Below are positions 37,434-45,252 of a stretch of 56,728 nt of DNA, one piece after another. How positions within the stretch are numbered: the stretch's first letter is position 1; every line of letters begins with the position of its first letter. Both the position numbers and the translations under genes were made by a program. Under the pieces are notes generated by a model, which worked only from the letters and a program-made list of their open reading frames with translations, was not told the origin of the DNA and did no database searches. This DNA is from a virus. Lineage: Duplodnaviria > Caudoviricetes. The stretch lies in IMG/VR virus record IMGVR_UViG_3300014818_000012, positions 1 through 56,728 of that record. One strand, given 5' to 3'.

Positions 37434-39287
37434 TTAATCGGGTTTTGTCTTTTTAGTCTTTAGCTCTTGTAGTACTTTTTTAACTTCAGTAACAGAAGCC
37501 TTATTTGGTACCCTAAGCATTTCTGCCCAGTTGTACCCGATGTCACTTTCAGCTTCATTTTTAATGGTTTGGTTTTCCATAAAATCAACCAGCATCGCAT
37601 CGATTAAGTTATCATTAACCCATTTAATAACTTCAGCATCTTCAGTTATCTCAAAGTATATAGAGTCATAAATAGTTGATACAACCTTAACATCTTCCTG
37701 GTACCCCATTTGGTCTATCCGCTGATGCATCTTGTTTATAGTCAACGCAGTCAGTATAGACCAGAACTGGCAAGTAGCATTAGCTAGTGTTCTGATGTCC
37801 CTATCAGGGTCATCTGTTTTTAGCATAAAACCAAGCCCTAGGTGAATCTCACCTTGCCTCTTAGCTGTCGGCAGTACGTAGTTTTCACGGTAGTCCGTAA
37901 TCCCTGGGTACAGTACGTTATGGTAGTTGTTAAAGATATCTTCTGCATCCTCTAAAGGAATTTTAAGGGTAGCTGCAATTTTAGGCGGGAAAGCCCCATA
38001 AGCTAAGCCAAATGTAGGCCCTTTTGAGTCTTGCCTAATTTCCCCTGCAGCTACATTCCCTTCGTCTACCAGCTTTTTAAAGTTAGCAGCATCCGTAGAA
38101 GTATTACCTGTAAGAGGCATAAGAGCTTTAATCTTGTTATAAAAGTACCCTAAGGCATTTAGTGAATGTCCATCTAAGTTCTTTAGGAAGATATCACATT
38201 TGTTAGTATCTCTAGAAAGAGATGCTATTACCCGGTCTTCTAGTGCACTGTAATCTGCCGTCAGTATAACTTTACCCGCTGGTGCCGTAAAGCACTTTTT
38301 CACAGGCTTAGCAAACCTAGATCCTGTGGACGGAGTATTAAGCATGTTAGGGTTGCTACTTGTGTAGCGCCCTGACTTGGCTCCCAGTAGTTTATACTGC
38401 CCGTACAGTCTACCATCAACTGAGTAGTTATAAAAAGCTTCTATGAAGTTATTTTTAATGATAGCAGCAAAGGAGTAGTCAATAAAGCACTGAGTAAAAT
38501 GTTTTACCTCTGTGTCATGAGTTTCTATATGTACTCTTTCTACTTGGCTACGATCCCACTTAGGTAGTCCTGTAGTCTTAGACACGTTCTCTGAAGGTAT
38601 GTCTAACATACTAAATAGCTCCTGCTTTTGTACTGGAGATCCGGGGTTAAACATAGGGTACTCTACGGAAGGTTTTTTAACTTGCGCTAAAAACTTCTCA
38701 TTGTACATCTTAGCTTTGTCTTTAGCCAGCTTTGCCATAGCCAACCCAATAGTAGGGTTACTACTAGGTAGTGTCCCTGCTAGCAGGTTCTGGAGCACCC
38801 TATTAGTCTTAGCATACTTTTTAACAAGGTTCGCTGGCCACTTACTAACACCTGTAGGTAGCTTATCTTCAGGGTTACCCCATCCTTGTAGCTTGGCATA
38901 CTCATGCATAAAGTAACTTCTGTGTGCCATATCATTGTATTTAAAGGACCCTAGGTAGTGTTCAGGCTTACGCATTTTGTCTTTTCTGTCTTTAACATAA
39001 GCGTTTACTTGGGCAGAGTACCTGTCCTCAAGATAGTTATTTATTAAAGGGTTAGCCGCCAGCTCACTCTTAACCTCTGCAAGTTGCTCTGCCAGCACCA
39101 CCTCCAGCTCAATTACTTTATCTATATCGATGTGTAAACCATTATCCATTATACGTACAGTATCTTTAATAAGGTGTTTGGCAGTATTTTCATAAAAATA
39201 CCCTGGAGCATATACCTTTTCTTTTGGCTCTGTGCCAGGCAATTGGTCATGAGGGCTATAGTTATTTGTGGTTATTGACAAAGTCAT
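37434..39287 (-). CDS. Family A DNA polymerase, polymerase domain
   Basis: SGRYTSSNPN; motif A DYSALEDR; motif B RQDSKGPTFGLAYG; motif C IYDS. Confidence 0.93.
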   Translation of the reverse strand: MTLSITTNNYSPHDQLPGTEPKEKVYAPGYFYENTAKHLIKDTVRIMDNGLHIDIDKVIELEVVLAEQLAEVKSELAANPLINNYLEDRYSAQVNAYVKDRKDKMRKPEHYLGSFKYNDMAHRSYFMHEYAKLQGWGNPEDKLPTGVSKWPANLVKKYAKTNRVLQNLLAGTLPSSNPTIGLAMAKLAKDKAKMYNEKFLAQVKKPSVEYPMFNPGSPVQKQELFSMLDIPSENVSKTTGLPKWDRSQVERVHIETHDTEVKHFTQCFIDYSFAAIIKNNFIEAFYNYSVDGRLYGQYKLLGAKSGRYTSSNPNMLNTPSTGSRFAKPVKKCFTAPAGKVILTADYSALEDRVIASLSRDTNKCDIFLKNLDGHSLNALGYFYNKIKALMPLTGNTSTDAANFKKLVDEGNVAAGEIRQDSKGPTFGLAYGAFPPKIAATLKIPLEDAEDIFNNYHNVLYPGITDYRENYVLPTAKRQGEIHLGLGFMLKTDDPDRDIRTLANATCQFWSILTALTINKMHQRIDQMGYQEDVKVVSTIYDSIYFEITEDAEVIKWVNDNLIDAMLVDFMENQTIKNEAESDIGYNWAEMLRVPNKASVTEVKKVLQELKTKKTKPD

Positions 39288-39924
39288 TTAAGTATCCCCA
39301 TAGTTTGTAGGTAGCACATGCATCAATAGCTGCGTATTTTAGTACATGCTCTTCATACTGCTGCGCTATAGTAAAGTTATCCACAGATATCGCCCAGTCC
39401 CCATACCACTGTCCTGCCAAGTCTTTTAACCTAGTGCTAGCTTTAAAGACTTCTACATGGTTAATTAGGGTTTTAGCAAATACTTGGGTGTCTTCTACGT
39501 TTTTAGCATTTTTGTTTGCATAGTAACTTAGAAATCTACCATCGTAACTATAGTTATGCCATACTTGTGTTCTGTCGGTCTCTACTAAAAAATTTAGTAC
39601 TACATCAGCAATAGCTTGGCCATCAATAATAAACACATAAGCATTTCTTTCGTCATAGGCAATACTACAATGAGTAATGGTACAATGGGAAGGGTGTCCT
39701 AGTGCTGTGGCTTTAGCTATGGCCTGGTACACTACACGTTCTTTTTTAGGTAAGGTTACGTCTACCATTTTTTCTTTAGCATCTGCTACAAACTCTTTAG
39801 TGTAACGAACGGCAGTCTCAAAGTCAGCAGCAAAAGTACTTGGTAACCCATCTAGCCACTGTTTAGCAACTGCTGGGTCGTTTGTACTTTGGTACTGTAC
39901 TTCAATGCTATGCGTAACTTGCAT
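39262..39924 (-). CDS. 3'-5' exonuclease domain of the DNA polymerase as a separate gene
   Basis: Exo I DFET, Exo II HNYSYD, Exo III YAAID. Confidence 0.88.
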   Translation of the reverse strand: MQVTHSIEVQYQSTNDPAVAKQWLDGLPSTFAADFETAVRYTKEFVADAKEKMVDVTLPKKERVVYQAIAKATALGHPSHCTITHCSIAYDERNAYVFIIDGQAIADVVLNFLVETDRTQVWHNYSYDGRFLSYYANKNAKNVEDTQVFAKTLINHVEVFKASTRLKDLAGQWYGDWAISVDNFTIAQQYEEHVLKYAAIDACATYKLWGYLNDFVNNHK

Positions 39925-39925
39925 G

Positions 39926-41350
39926 CTACCTCCCTAGTAAGTGCGTAGCATTCATTAGTCTAACGATTGCCCGAGTACACGCTACGTAGTATAAGTTTAA
40001 AGATTCTCTATCTTCCCTAGTTAGAGGCCTAGTGGCATCATCACTTAGTTCTTCTAGCAGTAACTCAATACAGTTATTCATATCAGGTGCTAGCATCACT
40101 TCGTCAAACTCTAAACCTTTAGAAGAATGGGCAGTAAGCAGCATAAAGTTTTGTTTAGTATTTTCATGCTTTTTAGCTTCCGCATACGCCTCAAAAATAC
40201 CGCCTTTGCTGTGTTTAGCTACCAAGTTAATCGCTTGGTTTAGTGCTATGTCTTCTGGGTACTTCTGCTTAAGGTACCCAAGAAGTAATGGAGCACTAGA
40301 CCTTACGTGGTTAACGTTTTCATGCCAGTTATCAATATCTTCTTGAAGATGCTTGTACGCTGGGTCATATATTTTACCTTGGTACCTTAGGCCTGCAGCC
40401 ATCAAAGGTACTTTGAATATTTCTTGGGCTTTACGCACTAGTCCATAAGGAGTTCGTTCGTTGTTAAGCTCAATCATCTTGTTAATTAAACCGCTGTTAG
40501 TGCGGGAGATATAACCCCTAGTTCGTACCAAGGTGGTACTCGCCTCAACTCCTTCAAACACCATAGTTTTATCTAGGTAGCGCTGACAAAAACTTTCTAT
40601 AGGTCCTGCTATAGTTTGAGGTACTCGGAAAGACTTTGATAACTTAAAGGTTATACCTTCTCCTGCAAGCTTCTCAAAGCAGTTAATTGTGTGGTTAAAC
40701 GTATAAATGTTTTGGTAGGGGTCACCTACAGCCACTTTAATTTTTGCTGGGAGGAGCTTGAATATTTCTAATGTTACTTCGTTTAAATCACCTGCTTCAT
40801 CCAGCATTAATAAGTCATAGGTTGGACATTCTATGTTATCTTCTGAAAGTGCCACATGGAAAAGCTTTAGGTAAAAGTCATGTGTGCAGTCAATGACGCC
40901 TGTACTCATTAAATTTAAGTACTTATTGGCTAATGCTGTGTTTACCAACCCTTTCTTTTCTGCGTAGTCTTCGTAGGCTAGGTACGAGGATAAACAAAAC
41001 TCTCGGATGTCATCCACTAGCAGCTGCTTATCTGCGTAGGATAGCTTATCAGCTACCTGCTTAGGGCCAAAGAATCCTACAGTAAGGCGCATAGGCACAA
41101 CTGTAGCCTTATAGGCCAAGGAATGGGTAGTACGGCAGTCAACAGAACTAGGGAATTTACTTTTAGAGCTCGTAGCAATAGCTTTATTGTACGCTAGATA
41201 TAAGCTATGTCCACCTGGTACTGCTTCTGCTATAGCTCTAAGTAGAGTAGTTTTACCACTACCGGCTACCGAATCAATTAGGATTAGTTCGTCTTTATCT
41301 GTCTGTTTTACGTAGTCAACTACGTCTTGTTGCTCTTTAGTTAAATTCAT
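39926..41350 (-). CDS. UvrD/Rep-like SF1 helicase
   Basis: AGSGKT, LDEAGD, GDPYQNIY, SFR, TAHSSKGLEFD and YVACTRA motifs. Confidence 0.92.
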   Translation of the reverse strand: MNLTKEQQDVVDYVKQTDKDELILIDSVAGSGKTTLLRAIAEAVPGGHSLYLAYNKAIATSSKSKFPSSVDCRTTHSLAYKATVVPMRLTVGFFGPKQVADKLSYADKQLLVDDIREFCLSSYLAYEDYAEKKGLVNTALANKYLNLMSTGVIDCTHDFYLKLFHVALSEDNIECPTYDLLMLDEAGDLNEVTLEIFKLLPAKIKVAVGDPYQNIYTFNHTINCFEKLAGEGITFKLSKSFRVPQTIAGPIESFCQRYLDKTMVFEGVEASTTLVRTRGYISRTNSGLINKMIELNNERTPYGLVRKAQEIFKVPLMAAGLRYQGKIYDPAYKHLQEDIDNWHENVNHVRSSAPLLLGYLKQKYPEDIALNQAINLVAKHSKGGIFEAYAEAKKHENTKQNFMLLTAHSSKGLEFDEVMLAPDMNNCIELLLEELSDDATRPLTREDRESLNLYYVACTRAIVRLMNATHLLGR

Positions 41351-41370
41351 AGTTCTTAAATAATATTAGA

Positions 41371-41397
41371 AATACCCCCTCGTAAAAAAGGGGTATT
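41371..41397 (-). terminator. Intergenic hairpin, possible weak terminator
   Basis: AATACCCC...GGGGTATT inverted repeat. Confidence 0.45.
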
Positions 41398-41412
41398 GAG
41401 TTGATTGCAGTA

Positions 41413-42564
41413 TTACTTACGTAATACTTGTGCAATATTAATAGTGTGCCTTTCAATTTCACCGTATTTTTTGTGGATTACAAGTGCCTTACTATCTTGT
41501 CCGGCTCTGTAGCCCCCAGAATACGCATAAGAATCTTTGGCTGCAAGAGTTCTAAATGATTCTACTGAACATCCAGAGTATTCTTTGCGACTATCATGGT
41601 GTATGTGGCCAGTTAACCAATAACGGAATGTTGCTGCGCCCCATTCTTTTGGTCTATCTGTAGCCATTACTAGTGGTAACTTTTCTGCTTTACACGTATG
41701 ACCGTGATGTACTCCGAAAAGTGTACTACCGTGTTCGAAGTATTGGAATACTGAACTAGTACATCCAATTTCTACACGGGGCTCCTCTTCGTACATATGT
41801 TTTAATGCAGCCTGTAAAAACATGGCACCAGTATCATCGTGATTACCTATAATGGTAATAACTTGTACGGTTTCATGATGTTCAAGAGCTGAATTAATCA
41901 TCTGCAGCATAATTTTAATACCGGTGTCTACCATCATCAAGTAGTTGCCATCGGTGTCTAGAACGTGTCTATGACGTTCTGTAACACCAGCGACATTATC
42001 TCGATGGAAGTAATCCCCTAGATTAACAATTACCGCCTTTTTACAGGATGGAGCTGTTTTTACTAGCCTATCAAAAACTCCACAAAATACTTCTTGTGCT
42101 GTTTTTAAGTCCCAGTTGTCACCTGCTTCATCTTTGTAGGCTTTCATACCAACATGGGGGTCACCTAGCGGGTAGACTGCTAAAAGATCTTCTGAAGCAA
42201 AAGCTACTTCATAAGGTTTCTTTTTAAACTTAGGCAGTTGTTCCACATACATTTCGACAAGCTCTTTGATGTTATCCACCATAGCTTGTTTTTCTATGTC
42301 TGTTTTAACCCACTGTATTTTAACGTTTCCGTCTTGGTCATACAGGGTAGATGAGCCTTTTAGTACTTCACCGCTACTTACGTAGTTGCCCGAATCAAGA
42401 GGAAGCATACCTTTTTGGCGTAGCTTATTGATTCTGTCATGTATACGGTAAGGTCTTACTATGTAGCCTGGATATCGTTCCTTCATAGCTTTCGCTATCA
42501 GTGTGACATCCAGGTTAAACTCTTTACATAGCTTAACCATTGCGGCGTCAGTTACTATAGCCAT
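41413..42564 (-). CDS. Calcineurin-like metallophosphoesterase with N-terminal extension
   Basis: GDPH, GDYFH, GNHD, HHGH and GHIHH motifs. Confidence 0.88.
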   Translation of the reverse strand: MAIVTDAAMVKLCKEFNLDVTLIAKAMKERYPGYIVRPYRIHDRINKLRQKGMLPLDSGNYVSSGEVLKGSSTLYDQDGNVKIQWVKTDIEKQAMVDNIKELVEMYVEQLPKFKKKPYEVAFASEDLLAVYPLGDPHVGMKAYKDEAGDNWDLKTAQEVFCGVFDRLVKTAPSCKKAVIVNLGDYFHRDNVAGVTERHRHVLDTDGNYLMMVDTGIKIMLQMINSALEHHETVQVITIIGNHDDTGAMFLQAALKHMYEEEPRVEIGCTSSVFQYFEHGSTLFGVHHGHTCKAEKLPLVMATDRPKEWGAATFRYWLTGHIHHDSRKEYSGCSVESFRTLAAKDSYAYSGGYRAGQDSKALVIHKKYGEIERHTINIAQVLRK

Positions 42565-42595
42565 ACTTAAACTCCTTACTTTGGTTTAATAAATA

Positions 42596-43267
42596 TTACT
42601 TACCAAACAAAGGACGTTTTGCCGTAGTTTTAGCTACAGGGGATGCACTTGTTTTGGGCGCACCACCACCACTAGACCTGGCTTTAATCCAGGCTTGTAC
42701 ATCTTCTTCGGTCAAACCATCTTTGTAGGTAACGTTAGATGCATATTTTTCTTCATCTAATGCTAGACGACGACCAATACCCTCTCCTGAGTCAGCTTCA
42801 GCAGCTGTTGCACCATCTTCACGATAAAATGCTTTAATGGCTTTACGTTCTTGGACATTATTGTCCCATAAACTATATTCCATCTGTACACGCATTTTAA
42901 CATCAACGTCAATCAGGTCTGGAATTACTTCCATTTCCATCATTCGTTGGTCTTTACCAACTGGGTACTCAGCTGTCTCAGTTTCAATCGTTTGACCATC
43001 TTCCATACCGGTGATGATACATAAACGGTTAAGTAGATTTTTAGTAATCTCATTAACTTTACCATCTTTGCCCATAATGTAAGGACCATAGATAGTTTGA
43101 TCCATACCCCCACTTTGTACATTAAAGTTAAGCTGGTAAGCCTTATTCTTAGTTTCCGCTACTTGCACGTAGTTAATTTTAACGTCATAGATGCCAGATT
43201 TATTAATTAAGCCACCGTTGCCGCTGTCTTTCATGTCGTCTTGTTTTTTAGATACTGTTAATTTCAT
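42596..43267 (-). CDS. Putative single-stranded DNA-binding protein
   Basis: SGIYDVKI OB-fold-like start, flexible tail, next to a Sak4-like ATPase. Confidence 0.6.
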   Translation of the reverse strand: MKLTVSKKQDDMKDSGNGGLINKSGIYDVKINYVQVAETKNKAYQLNFNVQSGGMDQTIYGPYIMGKDGKVNEITKNLLNRLCIITGMEDGQTIETETAEYPVGKDQRMMEMEVIPDLIDVDVKMRVQMEYSLWDNNVQERKAIKAFYREDGATAAEADSGEGIGRRLALDEEKYASNVTYKDGLTEEDVQAWIKARSSGGGAPKTSASPVAKTTAKRPLFGK

Positions 43268-43282
43268 TTTATTTTCCTTTTA

Positions 43283-43343
43283 TATTGATTAAATAGGGGG
43301 TAAAAACCCCCTTGTTATTGACTAAATAGGGGGTAAAAACCCC
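43283..43343. repeat. Direct repeat (33-nt period), each unit containing a GGGGT-AAAA-ACCCC hairpin
   Basis: TATTGAyTAAATAGGGGGTAAAAACCCC occurs twice. Confidence 0.9.
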
Positions 43344-43348
43344 GCCAG

Positions 43349-44011
43349 TTAGAGCTGGTACTGGTCGATCTCACCTGCGTTTCCTGCCAACAAGTTAATA
43401 TGGTCTTGAAGATTAAAGTCTTCAACAGGCAAACTGGCTGGTAGGTCTTCTTGCAGAGAGCGGGCCGGTAACTTAGGTGATTTAAAGTGTAAAACTCGCT
43501 TATTGCTTTTTATCTCAATAAACACAGCTTCATCAACTTCGGCCAAGAAACCACCACGCTTGGCAAAAGAGCCCTTACCTACAAGGTTATACTTAGCTGT
43601 GTCAGCATCATACAACGCGTGAGATATAAGAACTACGTTCATCCCACTTGCAATTAAGGAGTTTTCAATAAAAGCAGTAAACGCTACAACTTCTTTATCT
43701 AGCTCACTATAAATAACAAATCCTTTAAACTTCTCATTACAGTTAGCATGAATAGTATCAAAGATTTTAGACACAGAGTCAAATACGACTGTGTCAGGGT
43801 ACTTATCAAACTTTTTGTTATAGGCTTCAATTTTTTCAATAGTTAAACTGATCAGTGCTTCCACAGTTTCAAAAGTGGGCACTAATACATGGGGAATAGG
43901 AAACGGATAGCGTTTACCATCATGGCTCACAACTAATGAATTTTCTAGGTTTTTGGTCAGCGTTGTTTTACCTGAGTTTGCTTCCGCTGAGATTAATATC
44001 TTAACTGACAT
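43349..44011 (-). CDS. AAA_24/Sak4-like ATPase
   Basis: ANSGKTT, VVFDSVS and VVLISH motifs. Confidence 0.8.
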   Translation of the reverse strand: MSVKILISAEANSGKTTLTKNLENSLVVSHDGKRYPFPIPHVLVPTFETVEALISLTIEKIEAYNKKFDKYPDTVVFDSVSKIFDTIHANCNEKFKGFVIYSELDKEVVAFTAFIENSLIASGMNVVLISHALYDADTAKYNLVGKGSFAKRGGFLAEVDEAVFIEIKSNKRVLHFKSPKLPARSLQEDLPASLPVEDFNLQDHINLLAGNAGEIDQYQL

Positions 44012-44014
44012 AAA

Positions 44015-44824
44015 TTACTCCTTAATAAATAAAATAGGTTTAGGTTTAGGTTTTAGCCGCATGTCCTGTGCTAGTAAGTGGCGTACTTCTGGGTTTGTAT
44101 TCCACGTCTGCACTGACTCCGCAACTAGTTTTAAGCAGGATCCAATTAAGTCCAAGCTTTCTTGTGTAACCTGTTCGGTTACTACTGAGCAAGTAGACGG
44201 GTAATCTTTTAATGGCTTACCTGTTTTTTCACTTACTCTCCCTGTATCACTAGTAGTAATGTATACTAGTTTAAGGTAGTTAATGTTAATACCCTGCTGT
44301 TTAAGTACCCAAGCGTATGTCATCTGCTGAAACCAGTAGTTACGAGAAAACTTGGTAGGCGGTGACTTTGCCCCAGTAGTTTTCCAGTCCATGATGGTAT
44401 CTCCTCTTAGGGCATCAATAGAGCCCCCAGCGCCAATTCCCGGCAGTATCTCATGAAATACAAACTTCTCTACCTCAGTAGGCATATTAGCCTCTACATA
44501 AGGTAGAGCAACTCCTATCATGGACTCAAACTGCTCGAGTATCCTACACTTGTCTACTTCAGGGTCTTTAATTGAATGGATATGTTTCTCTAGAGCTTCC
44601 CAATCAACATCTCCTTCTGTTACAAACATTTCGATACCAGCGTGCACCACAGTACCTAGGTGAGTTGCAGTATTACCATTAAACCCTTTTACTCCCACCA
44701 AGTTTTCGTGGTACCACTCTGATGTGCGGTCAAAGAACTTACTTACTTGTGAAGCCCCTATACGAAAAGCCCCTTTGGTGATGTCTTTTCCATCGTTGTA
44801 CTCAAAGTAGTTATTACTTGGCAT
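44015..44824 (-). CDS. PD-(D/E)xK Cas4-like exonuclease
   Basis: GTVVH, GSID, DWKT and QQMTY motifs; start at ATG 44824 with GGAGG RBS. Confidence 0.85.
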   Translation of the reverse strand: MPSNNYFEYNDGKDITKGAFRIGASQVSKFFDRTSEWYHENLVGVKGFNGNTATHLGTVVHAGIEMFVTEGDVDWEALEKHIHSIKDPEVDKCRILEQFESMIGVALPYVEANMPTEVEKFVFHEILPGIGAGGSIDALRGDTIMDWKTTGAKSPPTKFSRNYWFQQMTYAWVLKQQGININYLKLVYITTSDTGRVSEKTGKPLKDYPSTCSVVTEQVTQESLDLIGSCLKLVAESVQTWNTNPEVRHLLAQDMRLKPKPKPILFIKE

Positions 44825-44871
44825 ACATGTTCCCTCCATTAGTTAGTTAGTTAGTTAAAAATAGTAGCACC

Positions 44872-45252
44872 CTATAGGGCGTACTCTGGCCAGTCCTGGG
44901 TTACTTCCTCCATAGAGCTATACACCCCAAGAAACGTTGCCTTACCTTCTTTAAAATGTCTTATGACATCCCCTTGGGGTTCGGATAACCAAAAAACAGA
45001 AAAGGTAGTATGCCCTTCTACTTCTATTGTGTTTTTGATAGCAATCTTATCCTCCTCCGGTATAAGATACGCTTCATATATTCCATTAGGAAGTTCAGGT
45101 GCCTTAAGTAGTGGAAGTATCTCAGTTTCCGTTGACCCTTTATTTATCAAGTCTTTAATCTTGTTAAAATTAAAGGATTTACGGTCTAGTGTGGATAGCC
45201 CCATAGCTGTTTTAACTATGTAGCTATTGTCGCTTAGATGTATGTAGTGCAT
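44872..45252 (-). CDS. Short protein at the rIIB position, possibly the rIIB N-terminal domain only
   Basis: Overlaps the rIIA end; GGAGG RBS before ATG 45252. Confidence 0.55.
   Translation of the reverse strand: MHYIHLSDNSYIVKTAMGLSTLDRKSFNFNKIKDLINKGSTETEILPLLKAPELPNGIYEAYLIPEEDKIAIKNTIEVEGHTTFSVFWLSEPQGDVIRHFKEGKATFLGVYSSMEEVTQDWPEYAL

Noticed and set aside
39262-39287. Programmed frameshift joining the exonuclease and polymerase ORFs
   Set aside because: No evident slippery sequence, and the downstream ORF has its own RBS and ATG
44015-44824. CRISPR-Cas system suggested by the Cas4-like nuclease
   Set aside because: No array or other cas genes; the Sak4/SSB context points to recombination
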